Assembly (NCBI RefSeq): GCF_006345805.1
Contig: NC_042997.1
Coordinates: 32,798,001 to 32,862,000 of the forward strand
From: Octopus sinensis
Taxonomy: Eukaryota
DNA length: 64,000 nucleotides
Reading direction: 5' to 3'
Below the pieces are notes generated by a model, which was not told where the DNA came from, searched no databases, and saw only the letters and a list, made by a program, of their open reading frames with translations. The position numbers and the translations under genes were made by a program. How positions within the stretch are numbered: position 1 is the stretch's first letter; each line of letters begins with the position of its first letter. Of this stretch, positions 37,469 through 50,482 are shown one piece after another.

Positions 37469-38867
37469 TCTTTATATATAAAAGAGAGGTTGTGTGCTGT
37501 CTGTCTCCTACGATTTAGATTCCTTACTCCCACATTTTGCGGTGCAGTCTAACCAAAAGCGGGTATCTTATAGTCGTGATTCATATCGAGCCCTTCTGGG
37601 TATTAGCGCGCGCCTACGATGAGTCTACGATTTAAAAAAAAATTTACCATCATTTTTTTCCATTTTATGCATTTTTTCGCTATTATATAAGGGAGTAACT
37701 CTCTAAAAATGTCTACGATGAGTCAACGATTTAAAAAAAAATTACCATCATTTTTTTCCATTTTATGCATTTTTTCGCTATTATATAAGGAAGTAACTCT
37801 CTAAAAATGTATACGATGAGTCAACGATTTAAAAAAAAATTTACCATCATTTTTTTCCATTTTAATGCATTTTTTTCGCTATTATATAAGGGAAGTAACT
37901 CTCTAAAAATGTCTACGATGAGTCAACGATTTAAAAAAAAATTTACCATCATTTTTTTCCATTTTAATGCATTTTATTCGCTATTATATAAGGGAAGTAA
38001 CTCTCTAAAAATGTCTACGATGAGTCAACGATTTAAAAAAAAATTTACCATCATTTTTTTCCATTTTAATGCATTTTTTCGCTATTATATAAGGGAAGTA
38101 ACTCTCTAAAAATGTCTACGATGAGTCAACGATTTAAAAAAAAATTTACCATCATTTTTTTTCCATTTTAATGCATTTTTTCGCTATTATATAAGGGAAG
38201 TAACTCTCTAAAAATGTCTACGATGAGTCAACGATTTAAAAAAAAATTTACCATCATTTTTTTCCATTTTAATGCATTTTTTTCGCTATTATATAAGGGA
38301 AGTAACTCTCTAAAAATGTCTACGATGAGTCAACGATTTAAAAAAAAATTTACCATCATTTTTTTCCATTTTAATGCATTTTTTCGCTATTATATAAGGG
38401 AAGTAACTCTCTAAAAATGTCTACGATGAGTCAACGATTTAAAAAAAAATTTACCATCATTTTTTTCCATTTTAATGCATTTTTTTCGCTATTATATAAG
38501 GGAAGTAACTCTCTAAAAATGTCTACGATGAGTCAACGATTTAAAAAAAAATTTACCATCATTTTTTTCCATTTTAATGCATTTTATTCGCTATTATATA
38601 AGGGAAGTAACTCTCTAAAAATGTCTACGATGAGTCAACGATTTAAAAAAAAATTTACCATCATTTTTTTTCCATTTTAATGCATTTTTTCGCTATTATA
38701 TAAGGGAAGTAACTCTCTAAAAATGTCTACGATGAGTCAACGATTTAAAAAAAATTTACCATCATTTTTTCCCCATTTTTAATGCATTTTTTTGCTATTT
38801 TTTGGCTATAAATCTCTAAAAATGCTTATATAGTTATTTCCCTTGCAAACCCGGGCGATACTGCTAG
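37469..38867 (+). mobile_element. Same non-autonomous Helitron family, carrying an internal tandem array
   Basis: TCTTTATATATAAAAGAGAGG start and GCGATACTGCTAG end match the 22.5-kb copy. Confidence 0.82.
37615..38790 (+). repeat. About 101-bp tandem satellite, 11 full units plus 1 partial
   Basis: TACGATGAGTC recurs at 37615, 37714, 37812, 37914, 38016, 38117, 38219, 38321, 38422, 38524, 38626, 38728. Confidence 0.97.
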
Positions 38868-39736
38868 TCAGGTATAAGGGAATTGTAGAGTTGTATAAGG
38901 GTGGAGAAGGAGAAATAATTTGGTAGCATAGTGTGTGCACATGCATACAGGTGCAAGAGACAGAGCATGTGCATGTGTATCTATGCGTATGTATGTGTGC
39001 TTGTATGTATGTGCACACGTGTATGTATGTGCGTGCACTCATGTCTTGGCATCACATGTTCATTATAAACAAGTGTCATCATTGTACAAGCAGTAACATT
39101 GATTTGCAATCTTGTATGAAAACATGTCCAGCCTTTTGTACTTGAAAGACGAGGAGAAATATCACTAAGCTTGGAAACAGGTGAATGTTGGTGTTGTCAG
39201 CATTGATAACAAATCCTATCTGACCCATGCAAGCATGGAAAAATAAAATGCTGAAATGATGAAAATAACAATGATGATGAAGCATGCATCACCTCTTCTT
39301 CCACAGAAGGAAGTGACTTTAGCACTGCAAGCTTACAAACTACTCGACCATTTTATATGGTTGCTGTTGAGGAGTTCAAAAACAACATGCCTGATATGAC
39401 ACCCGGTCTGACAACACCAACCTAGCTGAAACTGACCTGTTTAAATCATTTGTACTTACATTGGGATCATATTACATACATGATAACTAAGGAAAAAGTT
39501 CCAGAGTTTCATGTATGAAATATTTGTTACATTGCATTTCAAACTCTAGCATAAATCAAATGATTTTATTAAAACGTTTCAAAATTCTTCACTGCTTTAT
39601 TCTTTTACTACTCTCAGTTTTTGAACTTCTACCCTGCAAACATTTTTAGCCAATCATATCCCAATACTTGATAAGTTTTATTTAGAGATAGTGTATTACA
39701 TTTAATGCTCAACATTTATGAAGCTAAAATAATTAC

Positions 39737-40125
39737 TCTTTTACTTGTTTCAGTCATTTGACTGCGGCCATACTGGAGCACCGCCTTTAGTCGAGCAAAT
39801 CGACCCCGGGACTTATTCTTTGTAAGCCCAGTACTTATTCTATCGGTCTCTTTTGCCAAACCGCTAAGTTACGGGGATGTAAACACACCAGCATCGGTTG
39901 TCAAGCAATGCTAGGGGGACAAACACAGACGCACAAACACACACATACATATATATATATATACGACAGGCTTCTTTCAGTTTCCGTCTACCAAATCCAC
40001 TCACAAGGCATTGGTAGACGGGGGCTATAGCAGAAGACACTTGCCCAAGATGCCACGCAGTGGGACTGAACCCAGAACCATGTGGTTGGTTAGCAAGCTA
40101 CTTACCACACAGCCACTCCTGCGCC
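39737..40125 (-). mobile_element. SINE S1
   Basis: Full-length inverted copy. Confidence 0.9.
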
Positions 40126-40368
40126 TGTTTAAAATTTTGGCACAAAACCAGCAATTTTAGAGGGAAGGGGTACGTTGACCCCAGTACTCAACTAGTACTT
40201 ATTTTATAGCTCCGACCCCGCCCCCCAAAAAAAGATGAAAGTTAAAGTTGACCTCTGAACTTAGAAAGTAAAGCTGGAAAAAATGCCACTAAAGACTTTG
40301 TCCAGCATGCTGCCGATTCTACCAGGCCGCTGCCTCATGAAGTTAAAATAAGGAAATAAAATACTTAC

Positions 40369-40446
40369 AACAACAGCATTAGATGTCATTCTCTGACGAA
40401 CATCAGTGAAAAATACTTTGCAATCATTACACATTTTCTTATCAGG
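40369..40446 (-). CDS. PSAP: Prosaposin exon D2a (PDKKMCNDCKVFFTDVRQRMTSNAVV)
   Basis: 78 nt, tacacag/gtaagt, CxxC. Confidence 0.92.
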
Positions 40447-40574
40447 CTGTGTAGGAAAAAGAAAATATAAAATGCTTTATAAATGCAACAAAGGAAATAG
40501 ATTCTAGAGAAAAATATATAATCTTAAAGAAGTGGAATAGTTGATTGACTCAAATCTGTATGTGATTTGTATTT

Positions 40575-41158
40575 ATGCTATTATAATAATAATAATAATA
40601 AAAACATTGTGTACAGTGCTCAGGTGCACTGTGTAGTTTCAGCGGATTTCAGAAAGCATGAGGGCCTTAAAGGATGCAGTGTCATGGCAGTCAACAACTG
40701 ACGCAGGCAGTTTATTCCATGCTTCAGCAACTCTGAGCGTGAAAAAATGTTTCCGAAAGTCATGGGAGCTGTGTTGTTTTCTGACTTTGTAGGCATGTCC
40801 ACGTGTGTTAGACACATGAAGATCAAAAAGGTGTTCAGTGTTGTTGTTGGTGAGGTGGTTGATAACTTTGTGGGTGTTTACCAAGTCCATCGCCAGACGC
40901 CGGAGCTTCAGTGAATCCATGCCCAGGGAAACAAGGCGCTCAGAGTATAGTAGGTGTCTGATGGAGGGTATGCGTTTGGTTGCACATCTCTGAACAGATT
41001 CCAGGAGGTCAATGTTCTGAGCAAGATAGGGGTTCCAAACTGATGATGCGAATTCCAAGTGTGGTCGTACGATAGCTGTATACAGTTTTAAATAGCTGGC
41101 TGGAGAGTGGCTAACAAAAGTCTTGCTGAGTGATGCCAAGACACCCTCGGCCTTCTTA
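40575..41158 (-). mobile_element. CR1-type LINE 3' fragment
   Basis: ORF 40639..41139 VRPHLEFASSVWNPYL...VAEAWNKLP; (AAT)n tail. Confidence 0.93.
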
Positions 41159-41451
41159 GTTCAAGAGAAAGGGAAATGATGATTAATGCTAACAGAATCT
41201 GAACTTAGAATGTAGAGGAATGAAACTAAATATTCCAAGACATTCACTGCCACCCCGTTAAGGTTCTAATAGCAGTCTTACCTATAAATAATTATCTTTT
41301 TGTATACTTGGCTAACTCAGATTTGAATTCAGAATATAGAAGAGAAGTACTGAAAGGTTTTAGTCCAGCAATAAAATCTCTGCTACCCATCCACCATAAA
41401 AATAAATAAATTGAAAATAAAAACTGGTTCTAAGTAATGTTGTAATGGGGA

Positions 41452-41826
41452 AGCACTCCGTTACGACAACGAGGGTTCCAGTTGATCCAATCAACGGAAC
41501 AGCCTGCTCGTGAAATTAATGTGCAAGTGGCTGAGCACTCCACAGACACGTGTAGCCTTAACGTAGTTCTCGGGGATATTCAGCGTGACACAGAGAGTGA
41601 CAAGGCCGGCCCTTTGAAATACAGGTACAACAGAAACAGGAAGTAAGAGTGAGAGAAAGTTGTGGTGAAAAAGTACAGCAGGGTTCGCCACCATCCCCTG
41701 CCGGAGCCTCGTGGAGCTTTAGGTGTTTTCGCTCAATAAACACTCACAACGCCCGGTCTGGGAATCGAAACCGCAATCCTACGACCGCGAGTCCGCTGCC
41801 CTAACCACTGGGCCATTGCGCCTCCA
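41452..41826 (-). mobile_element. tRNA-headed SINE family S4a
   Basis: Minus-strand head TGGCCCAGTGGTTAGG...GGTTTCGATTCCC. Confidence 0.85.
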
Positions 41827-42209
41827 ATGTTGTAATGAATGATTTATCAGAATGGTAGGAGACAAAATCATTAAACTCAACTTTTGCTAGCTTTTCAGCT
41901 GAAAATAACTCATCACCTCTGCTGCCCTTTCCTCAGAAAAGGGATTACGAAATCCTCAATAACCTTGTTTACTTGGCTATCAAAGAAGGTAAGCATGTGA
42001 AAGACAGCATAAAAGTATTGCTTCAAATGATGCAGTGCATATATAAAGGGTTTTATAACCTTGCTCAGTCACATTCAAAATTTTCGCAAACAGTGTTTAT
42101 GATAGATGTTCCATAAGACATCTGATTAATGAATAAAGTTTTAAAAAAACCCATCTCAGATAATCTCCACATTCAAAGATCTTCCAAGTAATGGTAGGGA
42201 ATAATTAGC

Positions 42210-42500
42210 ACAGCACCCATGACTTTCAGAAACATTTTTCATGTTCAAAATTGCTGAAGCATGGAATAAACTACTCACATCAGTTGTTAGCTGTGAGGAC
42301 TCTACATCCTTCAAAATTTCCATGCTTCCTGAAATTCACCAATGCTACACCTTATAATAATAATAATAATAATAATAATAAAATAATAATAATGAAACTA
42401 TTGTATACAGTGCTGAGGTGCACCACAACTTGTCAGAAAGTGCGTATAAAGTATATGCAGTAATGTACAAATGTCTGGAAAGCGAACAATGTATGAGTCA
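42210..42500. mobile_element. Tail-to-tail CR1 composite
   Basis: Reverse complement of about 8915..9138, with the same junction. Confidence 0.8.
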
Positions 42501-43008
42501 ACTTTTTTTAATAACATTCACTGGTCACTTTCCTCTCTTTTTTGGTGCATTAATTGACTAACCCCCTCCCGCCAAATTTCTAGCCTTGTACCTATAAGAG
42601 ACAAGATTATTATTATAAAATATATTCAAATGACATCAACAATCCAAAACAAAACCAAGATGATTTCTGATAGTGTGGTCAGAATTGCTGACCACAAGTT
42701 TTCAGTTGTTTGAATAATCGAACTGCTCATTAGAACTAGTGTAAGTGGCTGAGTATTCTACAGATATGTGTACCTTTGATGTAATCTCAAGGCAAAGTCA
42801 GCTTGACACTGAGTAACAAAGCTGGACATTTCAATTAAAGAATGGTCCTTGATAGGCTTGAGCATAAATTCAATCAATCCAATTTCACTTCTAAAACTTA
42901 GATCAACCCAATAATCTGAAGCTGTAATAAAAGACACTCACTCATGATGCCATGCAGTGAGCCCAAAACAAAGACCTTATGTCTGTAAAGTGAACTTCTT
43001 AACCATTC

Positions 43009-43234
43009 AGCGGCGAGCTGGCAGAAACGTTAGCACGCCGGGCGAAATGCGTGGCCGTATTTCGTCTGCCGTTACGTTCTGAGTTCAAATTCCGCCGAGG
43101 TCGACTTTGCCTTTCATCCTTTCGGGGTCGATAAATTAAGTACCAGTTACGCACTGGGGTCGAGGTAATTGACTTAATCCCTTTGTCTGTCCTTGTTTGT
43201 CTCCTCTGTGTTTAGCCCCTTGTGGGTAGTAAAG

Positions 43235-43286
<52 letters not shown>

Positions 43287-43510
43287 GCGACGAGCTGGCA
43301 GAAACGTTAGCACGCCGGACGAAATGCGTGGCCGTATTTCGTCTGCCGTTACGTTCTGAGTTCAAATTCCGCCGAGGTCGACTTTGCCTTTCATCTTTCG
43401 GGGTCGATAAATTAAGTACCAGTTACGCACTGGGGTCGAGGTAATTGACTTAATCCCTTGTCTGTCCTTGTTTGTCTCCTCTGTGTTAGCCCCTTGTGGG
43501 TAGTAAAGAA

Positions 43511-43586
<76 letters not shown>

Positions 43587-43824
43587 GCGACGAGCTGGCA
43601 GAAACGTTAGCCACGCCGGACGAAATGCGTGGCCGTATTTCGTCTGCCGTTACGTTCTGAGTTCAAATTCCGCCGAGGTCGACTTTGCCTTTCATCCTTT
43701 CGGGGTCGATAAATTAAGTACCAGTTACGCACTGGGGTCGAGGTAATTGACTTAATCCCTTTGTCTGTCCTTGTTTGTCTCCTCTGTGTTTAGCCCCTTG
43801 TGGGTAGTAAAGAAATATATATTA

Positions 43825-43884
<60 letters not shown>

Positions 43885-44110
43885 GCGACGAGCTGGCAGA
43901 AACGTTAGCACGCCGGACGAAATGCGTGGCCGTATTTCGTCTGCCGTTACGTTCTGAGTTCAAATTCCGCCGAGGTCGACTTTGCCTTTCATCCTTTCGG
44001 GGTCGATAAATTAAGTACCAGTTACGCACTGGGGTCGAGGTAATTGACTTAATCCCTTTGTCTGTCCTTGTTTGTCTCCTCTGTGTTTAGCCCCTTGTGG
44101 GTAGTAAAGA
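43009..44110 (+). repeat. Four head-to-tail SINE S2 copies separated by (TA)n
   Basis: Units start at about 43009, 43284, 43584 and 43883. Confidence 0.95.
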
Positions 44111-44747
44111 AATATATATTTGTATCTACTATACTATCCATAGTATTAATATCTAACAAACTATATAACAAGTCAACAGAGGTAAAACTAATTTACCTAG
44201 TCCCCAGTGTTAGTGAAAAATAGTTTAATCTCACAGAAATTGTGAGACCATCAAACACCAAAATGCAATAAATTTCAGCCTTATATCATATATTCTTTTC
44301 CTTGTGGTTATGCTGGGACATCACTTTTAAGGGTTGTCTTAGTTAATTGTATCAACCAATATCTGGTATTTATTCATCAACCTCAAAGGACAACAAAAAG
44401 GGAAGTCATCTGGTCATAAAGGGAGTGGAGGTGGGGGGGTCAACCAAAACAGGAGTGAAATACTTAAGGGTATTTTTGTTCAATGGGTTTATTTTTTTTA
44501 CCATTTTATCAGATTTCTGCAGAGATTTTTTTCTACAAGATTTCACCGATAAGGCTTTAGTTGAGATACAAATATTTTAGACAACACTTGCTCAAGGCAC
44601 CATATACTAAGACTGAATGTAGCATCATGAGCTTCTTGAAGTGAACAAAACAACATGGCCATGTAGAATGATGCTATTTTCTATATTTTATCACTACTTT
44701 ATAAAAATTAATAAGTTCAAATTATTATATTTATAAAATCAACTTAC

Positions 44748-44888
44748 AGATTCAGTTGTTGAATTAGTTACTTGTGTTGTAGTAGTTACTGTTGTAGTAA
44801 TACCATGTTTTGAATTGAATGCTTTGAGATCAAGGGCAAACCGACCCTCCTGGCAAAAATCCAGTGTGTGGCAGATACTTTTTGTATT
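44748..44888 (-). CDS. PSAP: Prosaposin exon D1d plus Thr-rich linker (NTKSICHTLDFCQEG...ITTTVTTTTQVTNSTTES)
   Basis: 141 nt, atttcag/gtaagt, C-x5-C. Confidence 0.9.
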
Positions 44889-44968
44889 CTGAAATTAATG
44901 AAAATATACAAGTAATTTTTCCCCTTGGCAAATTATTAATGGCATGAATATGGATATACACACACACA

Positions 44969-45345
44969 CACTACCGTCAGAAATTAATTAGCACCCTTGA
45001 TTTGCTCTTCACTCAAGGTATGTGCTGTCACCTAGTGGCCATATCTCGAACTATTGCTTTGTTGCGAGTTCACTGTTGCGCAAAACGATGACGTAACTTT
45101 GTTTGCAGAGCAGTTTGAGAGTCTACAGCCTTATGATGTTGACATAGCAGTGCAAGAACTTGGAGTGCGGATGCAGACAAATCTTCCTTTGTTTAATAGA
45201 TATAGGTAGCGCCTCGCAAGGACCGAAATCACACCATACTAAGTTTTCTCATCGCGTAAGACGTTTTGAACAGCTCATAGGTCAATTGATTTAACCTATT
45301 TAATGTAGAAATTTGAGAAGTGCTAATTAATTTCTGACGCAAGTG
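44969..45345. mobile_element. Tc1/mariner-type MITE
   Basis: Terminal inverted CGTCAGAAATTAATTAGCAC motifs; TA-rich flanks; no coding capacity. Confidence 0.7.
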
Positions 45346-45745
45346 TATATATATATAGTGCATTTTGAATGAAACACTGAAATATAGCTGGCAAAGTTAA
45401 ATCATTTTAAAAAGTCAGCACAATGGAAATCAAAATTAAAACAGTGAAAACACTGTATTTTAGAGTATACAAGTTAAATCTTTTCAGAGCAAATTTACAG
45501 GACAAAAAAATTCGACATACATCAAGACGAGGACCAAAAATTCCATGTGAAAAGCAATAAGATTTGAAAAGATGATGATTTTTGAAAGGTTAAACTACGT
45601 ATTTTCACTATATATTATGTCAACTTATATGCTGGAGAATATAGTAAGACACAGCAACAGTTTATACTTCACTTTATATTTCAATATTTTGAGGATGATA
45701 AAAATATAGGATGGCAAGGAGCTGATATTTCTCTCCTACTCACAT

Positions 45746-45802
<57 letters not shown>

Positions 45803-46279
45803 TCATTTAGCGTCCGCTTTCCATGCTAGCATGGGCTGGACGGTTCAACTGGGGTCTGTGAAGCCAGAAGGCTGCATCAGGCCCAGTCTGATCTGGCAGT
45901 GTTTCTACGGCTGGATGCCCTTCCTAACGCCAACCACTCCGTGAGTGTAGTGGGTGCTTTTTACGTGCCACCCGCACAGGAGCTGGCAAACGGCCACGGA
46001 CGGATGGTGCTTTTTACGTGCCACATATATATATATATTACACACACACGTCTGTGGTAAGGAAGAACAAATATTGATTGTACTTGTGTATGTTAACTTT
46101 GATTTTAAATGATCGAGTCTTTCAATTCCTTGCCTCTATCTCTTCACTGCTTTTCTCCAGTTAAGAGAGTAAGAAGAAAACAATACTGATTGTATATAGT
46201 TCTTAAATGTTGTAAGTGAACATAGACCAACTAGGATTTTAATGTACAAAATTTTATATATATATATATACATAACACA

Positions 46280-47100
46280 CTAGCTGAATGACCTGGCATT
46301 GCCCAGGTTAATGTTGTTCTTATTCAGATTAGTAAACAAATATAAGGATATATTCTCATAATTATTTCAAAATATCTATGTTTTTTAATAAAATCTGTCA
46401 ATGTTGAAGCATCTCAGAGTAAGCAATATTCATTGTGTAATTTTTTGTTGGTGTCAAAATGAATAAATTTTTGCTGCTTCCAAGCCACAAGCAAGCAACA
46501 TAGAGTTGGCCGTGAGAGAAGCATGTAGCAGAGAGATCAAGTGCAACGACCTTGAGGGGTTGACCCCGAGATTTGTTAATTGAACTACCAAAACTTAGCT
46601 TTACTGGAAACTGGAGTGCATTTAATTCAAATGGAACATCTGTAGGTACGAGATGAATTTTTGGAATAAAGACATTTTCTCCTTTGTGACTACCTGTTAT
46701 GATTGTTACCTGTAGGACATGAGGTTTCATGGAAGTAAAGGTTAAGCGAGTTCCATTACACAGGTAAGATGGGTCAAGATTTCTAAGCAACACAATGGGA
46801 GCACCCAGTTTTAGTGCGGTGGCATCCCAGTGGGTGTAAGTGTGTTCAGAAATTCAATGGGCTATTGAACAACCTGATCTTGATTGACTGTTGTCAATTG
46901 ATCGAAAAGTCATTTCTGATACGTCTTAATTTTTAAATAAGTTCGTCATTGAGTTTATCATCCATTTCATTAGCTGGAGCTAGTATAGCTGTTTCACATA
47001 GCCAGTTTACATCAGTGTAATTGACAGACAAATTAGGAAATACTTTATCTATAAAATCCCCAAGAGAAAGTATCATTTGACTGCATGTAAGTTTTGAGTT
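46280..47100 (-). mobile_element. Decayed autonomous Helitron, Pif1 helicase C-terminus and 3' end
   Basis: EFLNTLTPTGMPPH, LLRNLDPSYLCNGTRL, QFPVKLSFGSSINKSRGQ, FSHGQLYVA; hairpin CCTGGGCAATGCCAGG and CTAG^T at 46280; left end extent is clear, right end uncertain. Confidence 0.9.
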
Positions 47101-48452
47101 GAATGTTAATATCCCATTACCAATCTTAAGTTCATATGATCACTTTTTGATCCTTTGGGGGATAACTGGCAATGTTTGAAAAGAAGTCTTCTGCAAGAAC
47201 TGTTACTCCCATGAGCATGCTACTGTTTTTTTATATCTTGGAGGGTATGGTCAAGTACCTCTGGAGTTCCACCATGTGGCAGGACATTAATGAGGCTACT
47301 AATAGACTGGATTTGGACAATTTGCATGTTTCGTTTACTCTTTTTTCAAAAGACTTAGAACTTCTAGGTTTTGTGTAAACTTGTTGTTACATTGCCTAAT
47401 GCATCTATGATGATAGTACAAATGAGAATTTATAGTCAGAATACAAGAGCTGTAAAATTCTGCTTTAATTCACCATAAATGTTCTCTTTTTCCTAGATTT
47501 TTGATAGTACATTCATATCTACTGGGCAGCTGACCTCTACAATAGTGCATGAATTTTGTTCTCTGACCCACAGAACAATATCAAGTCCATTATGTTGACA
47601 CTGAATTGTTTATATTGAAGTGCTCCACAAGCACTACTTGTTTATAAAGGTGTGAATACATGCTGATTCTGACATGCCTTTGATATATATGTCAGGGCAA
47701 TAGTCTTTGCAACTATTTCGTGTCTCAAGGACAGGGTGTATCTTGTAAACATTTTCTAATGTATCTATCACATAGATACATTACATGTACCTCTCCAGGA
47801 GAGGTTGCTCTTCCTGTCAATGCTGTGTTGGTAGCCTCTGGCTTACAGGACATGTACCTGTGCACTGCTTTTTTTTTTCTTCTAATTCCTTTGTTAACAA
47901 ATAAAATGTGTAATGGTAAATACCAAAAACATTTTTCCAGCCTCCTGTTTTGATATGTAATTACACTGTAAACAATATTTCCATAATTTTTAACTAATAC
48001 TCACATAAATATAACTACATATGGGAAAGGAATACTGGAATTAGCAGATGTATTTCAAGAGGAAACGGCTTGATTTTAACTACCTACATAATTTGTGTAT
48101 GTGTGTGTGTGTGTGAGTGTGTAGGGTTGGATGCCATGGCAAAATCAGACAGGTCTAAGAACTGCATTGTGGTCCACTGTCAACCACTTTACAGTGTGTA
48201 CTGGATGATTTTTTTTTCACCACCTCTAGTGAGGTCACCATGCACATGACAAGATTATGAAACCCAAGAGAAATAGCTTTACACTAGGAGATGAGGAGTT
48301 AAAGTATGAGGGAAGGGACCAGAGCAGAATAGCTTTCTAGCTATAAGGGAACTACATGGTTACATTTTAGAAGAGAGGGTGATCAGAATGGAGCTGGGAG
48401 AATATACAAAAATAGCAGTCGTGTTGAGGTCTCTCAGTGGGCTCTGAAGGTA

Positions 48453-48820
48453 CATCATCATCATTTAGTGTCCGCTTTCCATGCTAGCATGGGTTGGACG
48501 GTTCAACTGGGGTCTGTGAAGCCAGAAGGCTGCATCAGGCCCAGTCTGATCTGGCAGTGTTTCTACGGCTGGATGCCCTTACTAATGCCAACCACTCTGT
48601 GAGTGTAGTGGGTGCTTTTTATGTGCCACCCGCACAGGTGCCAGACGGAGCTGGCAAACAGCCACGGACGGACGGTGCTTTTTACATGCCACCGGCACGG
48701 GGGCCAGGCGGGGCTGGCAACGGCCACGAACGGACGGTGCTTTTTACGTGCCACTGGCACGGGGGCCAGGCGGGGCTGGCAACGGCCACAAACGGACGGT
48801 GCTTTTTACGTGCCACCAGC
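48453..48820 (-). mobile_element. Retroelement S3
   Basis: Inverted copy, about 3 units. Confidence 0.85.
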
Positions 48821-48954
48821 CCTTTCTTTGTGCATTAGTTCTTTGAAATTGAGAACTGACGAGACCAATCCAACAACAATGATAAGAGTCCCTCATCTCA
48901 CCTACAACACAAGCCATTAGAGGAAGATTTTAATCAATTCTTTGTTATACATAC

Positions 48955-49014
48955 CATTCCAAACTCCAGAAGCTTAAATAACTCAGGGAGAAATTCAACA
49001 ACATTCTTTTGGCA
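48955..49014 (-). CDS. PSAP: Prosaposin exon D1c (CQKNVVEFLPELFKLLEFGM)
   Basis: 60 nt, ttttacag/gtatgt; starts with Cys4. Confidence 0.87.
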
Positions 49015-49371
49015 CTGTAAAAGAGATTTAAAAAAATACATTTTAAAAATTTATAAGTTAAGAAAGCTATAAAGAAACATAAAAGCATGCATGCACACAA
49101 ATCAAACCACATTACTCTTTCACAACAATGGTACTTTATTAAAACTATCCTGAATTCTGAAATCAACCATCTCAGAATGAAGACAGGAAGGTCAAGAGGT
49201 CTATTCCTGCTACATTTATTCTTTAAGTGGTGAACTATCAATGGGATGGTCACAATTTGAATGAAGAACACCCAGCAAAGCATGATCCATACTAATAATA
49301 TACTAGCCATCTTACATCTCTGGTAGAATATTCGGGCTGGATATGACCAGTTTAAATGCTAAATGGTTTAA

Positions 49372-49592
49372 CCCTTTAGTGTTCACATTATTCTGCTAAA
49401 ACTAATGCTTTTTTATCCACATTGTTTTGAACTAATCATGCCTTATCTTGTAGTTATGAGATTTTGATGAGGTAGCTGTTAATTTTGAAGATGATATTGT
49501 AGGGTTGGTGTGAGAGACCAGATATGGCCAGTTTGAACATAAAACAAACAGAATACTTTTGGCCGGATATGGCCGGTTTAAATGCTAAAGGG
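49372..49592. mobile_element. piggyBac-like MITE P1 (opposite orientation)
   Basis: CCCTTTAG...CTAAAGGG ends, TTAA flanks. Confidence 0.8.
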
Positions 49593-49894
49593 TTAAAGAA
49601 GATTAAGATTAAACAAGCCATAGAATTGATGTCTACGAATTGTTATACTGCAAACAGATTAAAAGAAAATCTTTCTAGATGTCTTTCTTTTTTTTTTTCA
49701 AGCAATTGATATTCTTAGAAATATTAAAATGAACAGAACCCTTACACAGAATTCCACCGATAAAACTACAATACAACACACTCTTCATTGTATGAAAAGA
49801 AGAATAATGAATTCAATACATAGGTTTATTCATTTGTTTGAAGCAAAAGGAATTTGCTACAGTGACAAAATAAAGCATCACTTCCAAATGTGTA

Positions 49895-50195
49895 TAATAA
49901 TAATAATAATAATAATAATAATTGTGTACAGTGCTCAGGTGCACTACAACTCATCTAAAGTGTATATATAATCAGGTGTAGTTTCGGCGGATTTCGGAAA
50001 GCATGAGGGCCTTAAAGGATGCAGTGTCATGGCAGTCAACAACTGACGCAGGCAGTTTGTTCCATGCTTCAGCAACTCTGAGCGTGAAAAAATGTTTCCG
50101 AAAGTCATGGGAGCTGTGTTGTTTTCTTACTTTGTAGGCATGTCCACGTGTGTTAGACACATGGAGATCAAAAAGGTGTTCAGTGTTGTTGTTGT
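49895..50195 (-). mobile_element. CR1 tail (short deletion variant)
   Basis: Reverse complement of about 21625..21920. Confidence 0.88.
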
Positions 50196-50482
50196 GAATG
50201 AATTTAAATCTTAACAGTTTATATTACACACACATTTTAGATATATCCATTTTAATGTCTATTATATCGGTTGGATGGAGAATATTGAGGTAGATTTTCT
50301 ATAGTCAGGTTAGAATGTCTCTGATCATAAATTTGCTCTATTGGGGCTACCTTGGGACTAAATAACAAGAAAAAGGATTACACAGTACTGACATAAAGAT
50401 TCTTCAACTTATCAACTAACAGAGGGATACTCTCACAATTTGGACATCTGATAAACATACAAAACGTTTGTAGTAAACTCAC

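Noticed and set aside
37807-38680. Repetitive ORFs MSTMSQRFKKKFTIIFFHF
   Set aside because: Translations of the 101-bp satellite; frames break at homopolymer length changes
48945-49310. Hydrophobic ORF as the missing signal-peptide exon
   Set aside because: It lies downstream of the SapA exon; only 48955..49014, read in another frame, is coding
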